A DNA stretch of 12,801 nt. Source: Azolla caroliniana (lineage: Eukaryota > Plantae > Polypodiophyta). Both the position numbers and the translations under genes were made by a program. Below, one piece after another: positions 1-9,075 of the stretch (position 1 is its first letter; each line of letters begins with the position of its first letter). Location: assembly GCA_043228905.1 (NCBI GenBank), contig JBHGNT010001033.1, positions 1 to 12,801 of the forward strand, given 5' to 3'. Under the pieces are notes generated by a model, which saw only the letters and a program-made list of their open reading frames with translations, was not told the origin of the DNA and made no database searches.

Positions 1-326
1 AGAGGGAGGGAGAGAGAGAGAGAGAGTGAGTGATGATAAGAAAAGATATATATTATGTGAAGAAAATGTACAGTAGCTAGGAGGCTTAAGACTGGCGTTG
101 AACCGATTTGGTTCGAAATAATGCCTTGTGCCTCCTTTTATAGTGTTCTAAGGAATACTCCTAAAGTTTCTAGAATGTTCCAGAGAAATCTGGAATATAC
201 ATCAATTTTCTATAATAAAACATAAATGAAAATAATATTCTATGTATTACAATGTATAGTCTAATGGTCAAGAGCTCGACCCATGTAGTATAAGGTCATG
301 GGTTCGAGTCTTGCCATATCATGACA
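1..326 (-). repeat. 3' LTR of A1 (partial; about 98 bp predicted to lie left of the window)
   Basis: Matches 5219-5540 except 3 substitutions (positions 45, 158, 261) and (AG)8 versus (AG)6. Starts TGTCA on the minus strand right after the PPT. Confidence 0.97.
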
Positions 327-340
327 CTATCCCCCCTTTA
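327..340 (-). other. Polypurine tract of A1, overlapping the last pol codons
   Basis: Minus strand reads TAAAGGGGGGATAG directly followed by the LTR start TGTCATG. Confidence 0.9.
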
Positions 341-392
341 AAACGTTGCGAGTGTAACGAGTCTTTTTGGATTGAGGACCCGGTTTGTCTGG

Positions 393-548
393 ATATTGAC
401 GATGGAAGTCTTCAAGAAGAGCACAAGCATTGGTGACATTCTCTATCGGTTCCCAAGTACGCTCGCTGGGACTATATCCTAGCCAGTCGACTAGATAGTA
501 GAGCTTGTTGCGAACAAGCTTGGAATCAAGGATGGCGGCAACCTCGTA
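393..548 (-). other. C-terminal integrase chromodomain (group I type, aromatic-cage residues retained)
   Basis: YEVAAILDSKLVRNKLYYLVDWLGYSPSERTWEPIENVTNACALLEDFHRQY fits the canonical chromodomain pattern. Confidence 0.92.
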
Positions 549-3500
549 CTCAGGTCCATCTTCAAGCTCGATCGGGGGTGGAGGCTGTGTAATACGTCCT
601 GGGATGGTGCTTTCTTGATAGGGTTCGAGGAGAGAACTATGAAACACCGGATGTATCCGAAGTTGTGGAGGTAGATCAAGACGAAAAGTGACATCATTAA
701 TCTTTCCGATAATACGGAAAGGACCTAATCGCCGATAATCCAACTTCTCGCATGGGCGAGTAGTCTTGATGTGTCGTCGGAGTAGCCATACCCGATCTCC
801 AATGTTAAAACTAGATGGAGGTCGATGACAATCCGCATAAACCTTGTGTGTTTGTTGAGCTTGTTGGAGATGAGTAGATAAATCCGCTTGTATCTTGCGT
901 AACCTCTCCAAACGATCCTCTGCACAAGGATTTGTGGACACCTCTAGGGTTTCAAGTACACACCACCGGGGGTGACATCCAGTATAAGCATAAAATGGCG
1001 TAAATTTCGTGGATGCGTGGATAGAGTTGTTATAGGCAAATTCGGCGAAGTGGAGAATATCTGCCCAGTCATCCTGATGATAGCTGAGAAAGCACCGCAG
1101 ATACTGCTCCAGCGATTGATTGGTTCGTTCGGCTTGGCCGTCGGTTTGTGGGTGGTAGCCGGAGGAGAGGTTACAAGTGACCTTGAGCATGTTAAAAAGG
1201 TGCTTCCAGAATTTTGACACGAACTGGGGTTCACGATCGCTGATGATACTATCGGGAAGTCCATGATGCCGACATACTTCACGCATGACAATTTCGGCAG
1301 TGTCTTCACTGGAGATCTCATTAGTACATGGCAAGAAATGAGCCATTTTCGTATATCGATCGACCACCGTTAGAATCGCATTGAACCCCTTAGAGACTGG
1401 AAGATCTGTGATGAAGTCTAGAGTAATGGATTGCCACGGCTTGCTTGGAATTGGTAATGGTTCTAATAAACCATATGGATGATGCCTTGGCATTTTCGCT
1501 CTGCAGCATGTATCACAAGTCCGAACAAAATCCTCGACAAATTGTCGCATACAGGGCCACCAGAATGATCGTTGTACTAAATGTAGTGTTTTAGTACTAC
1601 CAAAATGCCCAGCTATATATGTGTCATGACAATTTTGTACTACTTGAAGGCGGCAAGAAACATTAGGAACATACAAAAGTTCTTTAAAGAAGAGTAATCC
1701 ATCATGGTATTTGAATTGCCGATAGTCCGTACCTGGTGGTTGCGACTGTGAACACGATGCTCGAGAGGGATCAATTTGTGCTAGTATAGCTTGGGCGAAC
1801 GCATCTGTCTTCAAGTCTTCGGGTATGGTATCGATAACGCAGGAATCCATGGGCATGTCAAAGATCTTTGTTGCTTGTAGTCGTGCCGGTCCCAAGATGA
1901 CTTGTTTTTTGTTATCGAAAGCTGGCTCGCCGAGACGGGGTGCTAAGTGCGAACGCCGTGATAATTCATCGGCCTTCCCTTGGTGCTTACCCGGACGATA
2001 TGTAATTTTGAAGTCGAAACACGTGAGGAAGTGGGCCCACCGAGCTTGACGTCGATTCAACACACGAGCATCCTGAAAGTAGGCAAGGTTCTTGTGGTCA
2101 CTAAATACGGTGACCGGATGAGAGGATCCCTCCAGAAAATGCCTCCATTGCATAAAAGAATCCACTATTGCCAATAGCTCCTTATCATGAATTTCGTAGT
2201 TGATTTCGGCGGCATCAAACTTGCGTGAGTGAAAAACCACTGGATGTAGCTTCTCATCATTCCCCTGTTGTGACAGAATGCTCCCCAATGCAAAATCCGA
2301 TGCGTCAGCTTCGATAATAAATGGTTTTTCCAGATCGACATGAGCTAGAATTGGAGTTGATGTAAATGCCTTTTTAAGACTCTCTAAAGCCACGTCCGTT
2401 TCTTCAGACCAAATGAACGATTGTCCCTTCCTGGTAAGTTGTGTGAGAGGTAGAACGATCTTTGAGTAATCTTGTATGAACTTCCGGTAAAAATTGGCAA
2501 AGCCTAGGAAGCATTGCACATCCCGCACCGAACGTGGAGTCTGCCATTCTACCACCGTTTTGACCTTAGCTGGGTCCATAGAGATGCCTTCTGACGAAAT
2601 GATGTAGCCGAGAAATTCCACTTGGTTGCACCCGAAACTACATTTTTCCAGCTTTGCATACAGACCATGTTCTCGAAGTCGTTTTAGTACTAATAGTACA
2701 TGAGAATCATGTTCTTCTTGGGTCTTTGAATAAACCAGTAGATCATCCAAATAGATGATCAAACAATCATCCAATAGATCTCGGAATATATCATTAGCCA
2801 TGTACTAGAAGATTGTCGGTGCATTAGTGAGGCCGAACGGCATGACCGTATACTCGAAGTGCCCATATCTGGTGCGAAACGCGGTCTTCCATTCGTCTCC
2901 TGGTCGGATCCGTACGAGGTTATATGCTCCCCGTAAGTCGATCTTCGTGAAGAACATGGCACCATTGATCTGTTCTAAAAGACTTGAGATAAGGGGAAGA
3001 GCATACCTATTCCTGATTGTAACCTTATTCATGCCACGGTAATCTACAACAAGACGAAGCGATCCATCCTTTTTCTTGACGAAGAAAATGGGCGCGCCGG
3101 CTGGAGATTTCAAATGCCGGATGAAACCATTTTCCAAATTCTCCTCTATATAGGCCCGAAGGACTTCCAACTCGGTTGGTGACAAATTGTAGATCGGTCC
3201 CCATGGCGGCTCTTTTCCCGGTTGTAAATCGATAGGGCAATCGTACGGTTGATGATGAGGAAGTGCGTTGGCTTGTACTTTATCGAACACATCGGCGTAA
3301 TGACGATACTTCTCGGGAAGTTGAACGGTGGATCCTTCTTTAGTGGTGCAAGAGGGGTTTACTGATATTGCAAAGAGGAACATTTCCTCCTTGTGCCCTT
3401 CTTTACGCAACTGACGTAGCGAAATGGTTGCCATCTTCTGAGTTGACCCTTGGGTTTGTCGACACCGGATTTCTCTTGTTCTCCAATCTATGTCTGGGTT

Positions 3501-3872
3501 ATGTAACTCGAACCACGGTAATCCTAAAACTATGGGATGTTCTGGGATACTAATAATATTAAATGATACTACACATGCTAAGTTATCTAGGACAATATTA
3601 ATGGGCTCTGACTCTTCTATGATATTTCCGGAAGCAATGGGACGTCCATCAATGACTACTACAGAGGCTGGACACTGGAGTTTTCTTAGGGATATCTTAT
3701 GAGCTTGAGCAAATTTCTTATCCATAAAGCAAGAGTTAGCTCCGGAATCTAGGAGTGCTAGGACATGTATTGGAGGGGTACTTTTAGTACTAACTATTAC
3801 TTGGGCTACGAACACATCACTAACTTGCTTAGAGGGAATGGAACCACTAATGGGCTGCACAGATCTAGGGTT

Positions 3873-3917
3873 GTCCAACCAAACGACTCCTATTTTGGCT
3901 GGACTTAATCGTTTAAC
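3873..3917 (-). promoter_or_regulatory. Putative -1 programmed ribosomal frameshift signal at the gag/pol junction
   Basis: G_TTA_AAC in the gag frame (3917-3911), 6-nt spacer containing the gag stop, then an 11-bp stem GTCCAGCCAAA/TTTGGTTGGAC with a 10-nt loop. pol is in the -1 frame. Confidence 0.75.
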
Positions 3918-5047
3918 TCTTCTTCTAACTGACTAAGGACATCAAATCTGTTTGCTAGATCTGGGCTATTAGGACTATCAGATATCCCTACTGAAATAGG
4001 CTCGGGTTTAGTACAATTAGAACTAGCGACTATTTGGTTTACCTGTCTTCTTGGCCTATGGGGGCAATTTTTTGCAATATGTCCTGGTCCACCACAGTAA
4101 AGACATAGTCAATTTGTACGGCATCACTGCTTTTCTTCTTCGGATAATGGCCCTCGACAACGTGTAGTGTCAATCTCCATCGGAGTCGGAGTATTCGCAG
4201 GAGGCGCATTATATGACTCCCTCGGAAAAGGTCTTGCTACCACTGAGGCGTAGGTGGGCTCTGATCTTGCCCTCGGCATCTGTAGTTGTCGTTCTAAACG
4301 TCGCTCAAAGAGGCGGTTGTCACATCTCACCGCGCGACTGATTGCTTCTGTTAAGGACTTTGGCTCTTCGGGGAAGGTCAAGAGTAAATCCTTGACGTCG
4401 TTGCGTAAACCATAATGGAATTGCTCCATCAACGCTTGATCATCCCAAGGGATATTAGCGGTGAGTAGGCGAAAATCTGCAGCATATGCGGAGGCTGGAC
4501 GGTCACCTTGGCGTAATCGCCGAATTTTGTTGATTGCGGTCCTGATGCTGTCAGTATCTCCGAAACATGCTTTAAACTCACCTAGAAACTCTTCAAAATT
4601 GTTGAGTAACGGGGATTCCTTTTCTAATAGTGGAGCGAACCATGGCAACGTTGAGCCACTTAACAAAGTGCCTACTAAACCCACTCGTGATGCATCGGTG
4701 GGATACCGGGAAGGATGCATTTGAATAACTAATCGTACCTGGTTAAGGAACCCTCTAAACTGCGATCGCGTTCCATCGAACTTCGTGGGAAGGCCAATCT
4801 TGGGTTCTTTATGAATCCCTTGTGTTCCGGGCCCTTGTTGTTGCATCGCTACGATGGTTGCTTCGAGTTGTTGCACGCGTAACGCAAGTTCCCCATGTTG
4901 TTGTTGCGTTTGCTATTTTTCTAAGGAGATTTGCTGAAGATCCCCCAGCAACCGTTGGTTTTCTTGTTCCAAATCATGGAACTTCTCTTTCAAGCATTGA
5001 AATTCCGAGAAAACAGATTGATATTCTTCAGTGCTAACAATGGCCAT
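3905..5047 (-). pseudogene. gag: gag (capsid + CCHC nucleocapsid), 380 codons, with premature stops at 4913-4915, 4124-4126 and 4109-4111
   Basis: ATG at 5047 is in frame with ORF 4124-4876 (KFDGTRSQFRGFLNQ, LRQGDRPASAY, PTPMEID). The frame continues to the knuckle CLYCGGPGHIAKNC (4105-4064) and TAA at 3905-3907. Confidence 0.93.
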
Positions 5048-5106
5048 GGGATGAAAGAAAAGAGGAATAAGAGATTAGTAGGAAATGAGAGAGACAGAAG
5101 GTAGGG

Positions 5107-5118
5107 AAATCGGTTCAA
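5107..5118 (-). other. Non-tRNA (self-priming type) primer-binding site of A1
   Basis: TTGAACCGATTT starts 2 nt after the 5' LTR, lacks the TGG of tRNA PBSs, and is the exact reverse complement of minus-strand LTR sequence 5323-5312 (AAATCGGTTCAA). Confidence 0.82.
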
Positions 5119-5120
5119 AC

Positions 5121-5540
5121 TGTCAGGAACAGTACTAAGACAGAGAAGGAATTAGTACTAAAAGAAGTATTAGTACTAAGAGAGGTGAAGAACTCTCGAG
5201 AGAAGGAAAGAGTGAGTGAGAGGGAGGGAGAGAGAGAGAGTGAGTGATGATAAGAAAAAATATATATTATGTGAAGAAAATGTACAGTAGCTAGGAGGCT
5301 TAAGACTGGCGTTGAACCGATTTGGTTCGAAATAATGCCTTGTGCCTCCTTTTATAGTGTTCTAAGGAATAATCCTAAAGTTTCTAGAATGTTCCAGAGA
5401 AATCTGGAATATACATCAATTTTCTATAATAAAACATAAATGAAAATAATATTCTATGTATTACAATGTATAGTTTAATGGTCAAGAGCTCGACCCATGT
5501 AGTATAAGGTCATGGGTTCGAGTCTTGCCATATCATGACA
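5121..5540 (-). repeat. 5' LTR of A1 (420 bp)
   Basis: TGTCA...TGACA termini; near-identical to 1-326; contains a TATA box and an AG microsatellite. Confidence 0.97.
5350..5356 (-). promoter_or_regulatory. Putative TATA box of the A1 5' LTR promoter
   Basis: TATAAAA on the minus strand, starting 33 nt upstream of the predicted self-primer/transcript start at 5323. Confidence 0.7.
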
Positions 5541-5699
5541 GCACATCCACCGGTATGTGCCAAGAAAGGAGAAGAGGCGAGATTTTTCGGCCATGGTGAT
5601 AAAACCGAGGTCCACCGTGTCCTTGTTGGCCTTGCTCGGCTTCATTTTCCATTTCGAGCACGCCCGTCCCTTCCACACAAACCGTCGTAGCATCTCGTT

Positions 5700-5810
5700 C
5701 CACCGTATCCATCGCACGTCCTCGAGCCGACGGCTCCAACCGATCCACCACGTCCACCGTGTGTCCCCGAAACATCGACTCCATCCGAACCGCCATATCC
5801 ACCGCACGCG
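5700..5810. repeat. Degenerate ~45-bp tandem repeat (~2.5 copies) encoding Trp/Arg-rich units
   Basis: Translation RVRWIWRFGWSRCFG / DTRWTWWIGWSRRLE / DVRWIRW. Confidence 0.6.
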
Positions 5811-5979
5811 CCTTCCTCCCCAGTCAGTCCTCCCGAAAGTCATTGCCGATCCGGTCACTCTTTCTTTGTCCGCCACATAGGTCCTCCGATTAGGCCCTCG
5901 GTCACCCCATTTGCTCACCTGATTCTGCCCCTTGCGTACCGCTTGTGTTCTATCTTCGACTCGATCCTCTCTTCGTCTC

Positions 5980-6897
5980 GAACACCTCGTGTCGATTCCC
6001 TCCATTCCGCGCTCACCTTCCGCAGGCTCTTTCCATGTGCCCTTGTTGTCTCCCGAACATGCGCTCGTTCTTCGGTCCCTCGGCGACCTCATTACACGCT
6101 CCTTGCTTCTCCGTTGCGCGCCGTGCTCTCTCGCCGTAGAGCGTACCGTCATCCCGACCACCATGTTCATGTCCTTCGCAACTCTCGTTACCGCTTCATC
6201 CTGACTCTCGTCCTCTTGGCCCGCTTGGCCTCGCATGCCTTCCGGGACGCCGCGCTTCCTCTTCTCGGCGCGTAGCCCGTTGCTCTCCACGCACCTCCTC
6301 CAGTTCTCAAGACATAGCCTCCCATGCTCGCCGATCATTCGCCGATACCGGCACCTCACCGCTCCGTCTCTCGTCGCGTGCATTCCTCGCAAAGGCTCGT
6401 ATGTCCTCCAGGTGCGCTCCCGATCGCACTCCGGATTCCGCTCTTTTCGTGCCGCGTATGTTCCTCCTTTGGTTTTATCGTCTCCGCATGCCGAACACCT
6501 CGGCGTGTCGACTCTTCCTACTCCGCGCTGGCCTTCCATAGGCTCTTCTCGCGCGCCGATGTTGTTCCCCGAATATGCGCTCATTCTTTGGCCCTTGGGC
6601 GACCCCATTCCACGTTCCTTGCTTCTCCTTTGCCCACCGTGCTCTTTCGTCGTAGAGCGTACCGTCATCCCGACCTCCGTGTCAGCGTCCCTCGAGGCTC
6701 TCGTTACCACCTCGCCTCGAGTTGCGCCCTCTTGGCCCACTTGGCCTTGCATGCCCTCCGGGAAGCCGCCGCTTTGTCTTTCCCCGGTGCATAACTCTTT
6801 GCTCTCCGCACATCATCCTCCGCTTTCGTCATTCATCCGCCGATCCCGGCAACTCACCGCTCTGTCTCTTGCAACATGCTTGCCTCTCAAAGGCTCG
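5980..6897. repeat. Diverged internal duplication, period ~516 bp (two copies; partial third near 7020-7080)
   Basis: GTAGAGCGTACCGTCATCCCGACC occurs at 6136 and 6652; the peptides PEGM[QR]GQ.GQE...VGMTVRST..EHG.QRRSKER are duplicated. Boundaries approximate. Confidence 0.85.
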
Positions 6898-7688
6898 ACC
6901 AGTCCGCCGTTGCCGGTCACTCGTTGCCGCTCTTCCGGCTACATGCTTGCTTCTTGGCCTTTCGCCGGCCGTAGTGCATGCTCCGTTTTACGCCGTAGTG
7001 CGTACTTCGTATTACGCGCCTCGTCCGTCGTAAACCCGACCTCCGCGTCGGTCTCTTCGTCCTTCGCTGTCGTAGCCCCTTCCGACTCCAGCTTGCCGTC
7101 TTGGTCGTGCTCATCCATCTCCACGCACCGGGTACCCGTTCTGGTAGCCTCGTCCGTTCCGGTCTCCGACTCCTCGCCGCCACCCGTCGTCTCTCTGGTC
7201 TTATGTTGATCCACAACCGCCAAAGTCTCTAGAATAGGCAAGGAGGGTCCCTCTTGCTCTCGGCCTCTCACCGATCCATACTCGTCGTGCTCGGTTAGCC
7301 TCCTTCTCGCTCTTACCAGCTCCCATCGTAACCGTAACCGGCCGGTAAGGAGTCGATCAAACAATCTCGGTCTTGTCGGCTTCTTTCGGTTTGGGCCTGG
7401 TTGACCAGCCCCCACTTCACTCTTCTTCCGCTTCATCTTCTGGTCGAGTCGGTCCCCGACTCTCTCCTCTTTGCCGCTCCCGACCTCTCCGTCGGTCCTC
7501 TTATATATGCCCGTTCCGGGCCTCGCATCCTCATCTTCGCACGTGTTCGCTCCGAGCCATGCCTCCTCACGGCCACCGTCCTTCTCTCCGGTCTTACGTT
7601 GGCATTCGAGTGCAACCGCCGTAGTCTCTAGTCTCGGTATCGAGGAGTCTCTCCTCCTTCCGCTATGACCTTCCTCGTCGTCGTCTTG

Positions 7689-8035
7689 GTCTCAGTTGCC
7701 CGCCTTGCCGTCGCCACCGCCCGTCGCTCTAGGACTCATGCCAGCACTCGGGCCGACCGCCGAAGCCTCTAGGACCGGTGTGGATAAGGACCCGGCAGCA
7801 CCGCTCGTTGTGTCCGTAGCCGCCTCCGTTTGGACGTCGTTGTCCGCGGGTACCCCGCCTCCGATCGCGCAAGCCTCGATTACGCTTGCCGCCGTCTCTT
7901 CCCTGTCGTCGTCTCGGTTGCCTGCCTTGCCGCCGCCACCGCCCGTCACTCTAGGTCTCACGCCGGCACTCGGGCCGACCGCCGGAGCCTCTAGGACCGG
8001 TGTGTGTAAGGTCGTGGCACCGCCGCTTGTCTCCT
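7689..8035. repeat. Internal direct repeat of ~125 bp, period 222 bp
   Basis: TTGCCYGCCTTGCCG...CTCTAGGACCGGTGTG starts at 7696 and 7918; peptide TPVLEA.AVGPSAG..PR.TGGG.GKAGN appears twice. Confidence 0.88.
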
Positions 8036-9053
8036 CCCCACTCGATGTTTCGGGCCGCCATGTCCCGAATCCGTAGTTACCGGCCTCCATGGCCGTCCCT
8101 TCACCGCAAGGCAAGAGGGTCGCTTACTCCGCACCCTCTCCTATGTCGTCGTCGTACACTCTCCCGGCCTCCGTATAGGCCCCGTCTTCTACGTCTAGGG
8201 AGGCTCCTTCCTCCGCATCCTCCGATCGCCTCCGGCTCGACTCCATAACAAGCCCTTCTTCGGCTCTGATTTTCGCCTTCACAAGCTCGCATGCCTCCCG
8301 TATTAGCACCTCTAGGTCGAGCTCCTCCGAACCGTTTTGCGTTGAGCTCTCTTCCGGCGGTAGTGCGTACTCACTCGCCGCTCTCTCTTCTCCGCCGCTC
8401 GCGGGCCGTGTTGTGGCCGACCGCCTCGCATCATGTTGCCGGCACACCCATTCCACGTCAGACCACTCCTTGGTGAGACCATGTGCTCCATAATCATCTT
8501 GAAGCTCGAATAAGATGTCCGTCCTCTCCTCTTGATGGATCTTCTTCAAAAAAAACAGGACTTTGTCCGCCCCCACCAATCTCCGATCTCGCTCCGAGAG
8601 TTGAGAGAAACGAAGCTCGAACTCTCGGAATGCCTCCATCGCGCTCCGATGACGCCTCGCCGACACCACCCACCGATCAAACTCATGTCGACCTCTTCCT
8701 TCCGGTTCCGTGTACCCGTACGCCTCCAATAGGGCTCCCTCAAAGGACACCCACGACTCATGATCTTCCCATAGCTCCTTGACCTCCTTGTGCACCGATA
8801 CGACCGCCACTCGAGGAAAATACTCTAGCCGCATCGCCTCGTCCACGCCCCCTTTCGCCATCTCGGCCTTGTAGGCTCCCAAAAGTTTTAGGACCTCATT
8901 CCCATTGAACCGGCCGACTCGATCGACCACCCTTTCGACGGCTTCTTGAGCCGCATCTCGCTTCGCCATCTTCCGTCCGGCTTCCATCACGATCTTTGCC
9001 ATCATCTCCTCGAAGTCGAAGTCTTCTTCCATCTCCATGCTCCTTTACCGCCC

Positions 9054-9071
9054 TTCACATCGGGTTCACCA
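9054..9071 (-). other. tRNA-Trp primer-binding site of element B
   Basis: Minus strand TGGTGAACCCGATGTGAA, 4 nt from the LTR; complementary (17/18) to the plant cytosolic tRNA-Trp 3' end as I recall it (TTCACGTCGGGTTCACCA). Confidence 0.82.
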
Positions 9072-9075
9072 AAGA

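Larger units (their letters stand above)
327..3917 (-). pseudogene. pol: pol polyprotein (protease, RT, RNase H, integrase, chromodomain) with one premature stop at 2805-2807; corresponds to ORFs 2805-3878 and 327-2801
   Basis: Motifs ALLDSGA (PR), [29 protein letters not shown] (RT), ADASDFALG/HDKELLAI/SDHKNL (RNase H), H..H..CDTC, LDFIT/SDR/GQAER and GPF (INT). The two ORFs are in one frame, joined as APTIF*YMAND. Confidence 0.96.
1..5540 (-). mobile_element. Element A1: near full-length Ty3/Gypsy chromovirus LTR retrotransposon (Tcn1/Tf1-sushi-like); 3' LTR truncated by the window edge
   Basis: Direct-repeat LTRs (1-326, 5121-5540), PBS, gag with CCHC knuckle, pol in PR-RT-RH-INT-chromodomain order, PPT next to the 3' LTR. 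Confidence 0.97.
5541..9038 (-). pseudogene. Gag-like capsid region (~205 aa) followed by ~950 codons of charged, repeat-containing sequence; one frame with 4 stops (8124, 7692, 6939, 6813)
   Basis: ORFs 8124-9038, 7692-8114, 6939-7436 and 5475-6752 are all in the same frame and the gaps translate through. The N-terminus (GRFNGNEV...WVSFEGALL...FREFELRFSQLSERDR) resembles retrotransposon gag and starts 16 nt after the PBS. Confidence 0.72.

Noticed and set aside
250-322. tRNA gene in the LTR
   Set aside because: A/B-box-like motifs are present but acceptor, anticodon and T stems do not pair convincingly; kept only as a finding.
2802-2810. Programmed stop-codon read-through in pol
   Set aside because: The TAG sits mid-RT where Gln is conserved (AP..FQ), lacks a CARYYA context, and is explained by CAG>TAG.
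491-3702. Small alternative-frame and antisense ORFs within A1 pol
   Set aside because: Short, overlapping a conserved pol frame, and expected by chance.
4124-4876. Domesticated PEG10/RTL1-like host gene
   Set aside because: Flanked by near-identical LTRs and interrupted by stops; it is the gag of a recent transposon.
5475-5540. C-terminal ~21 codons of the 425-aa ORF
   Set aside because: Read-through into the A1 LTR created by the insertion; not part of the original protein.
6235-7209. 324-aa plus-strand ORF and other plus-strand ORFs in 5557-8782
   Set aside because: Antisense shadows of the GC-rich B reading frame; low-complexity S/P/L/R products with no recognisable motifs.
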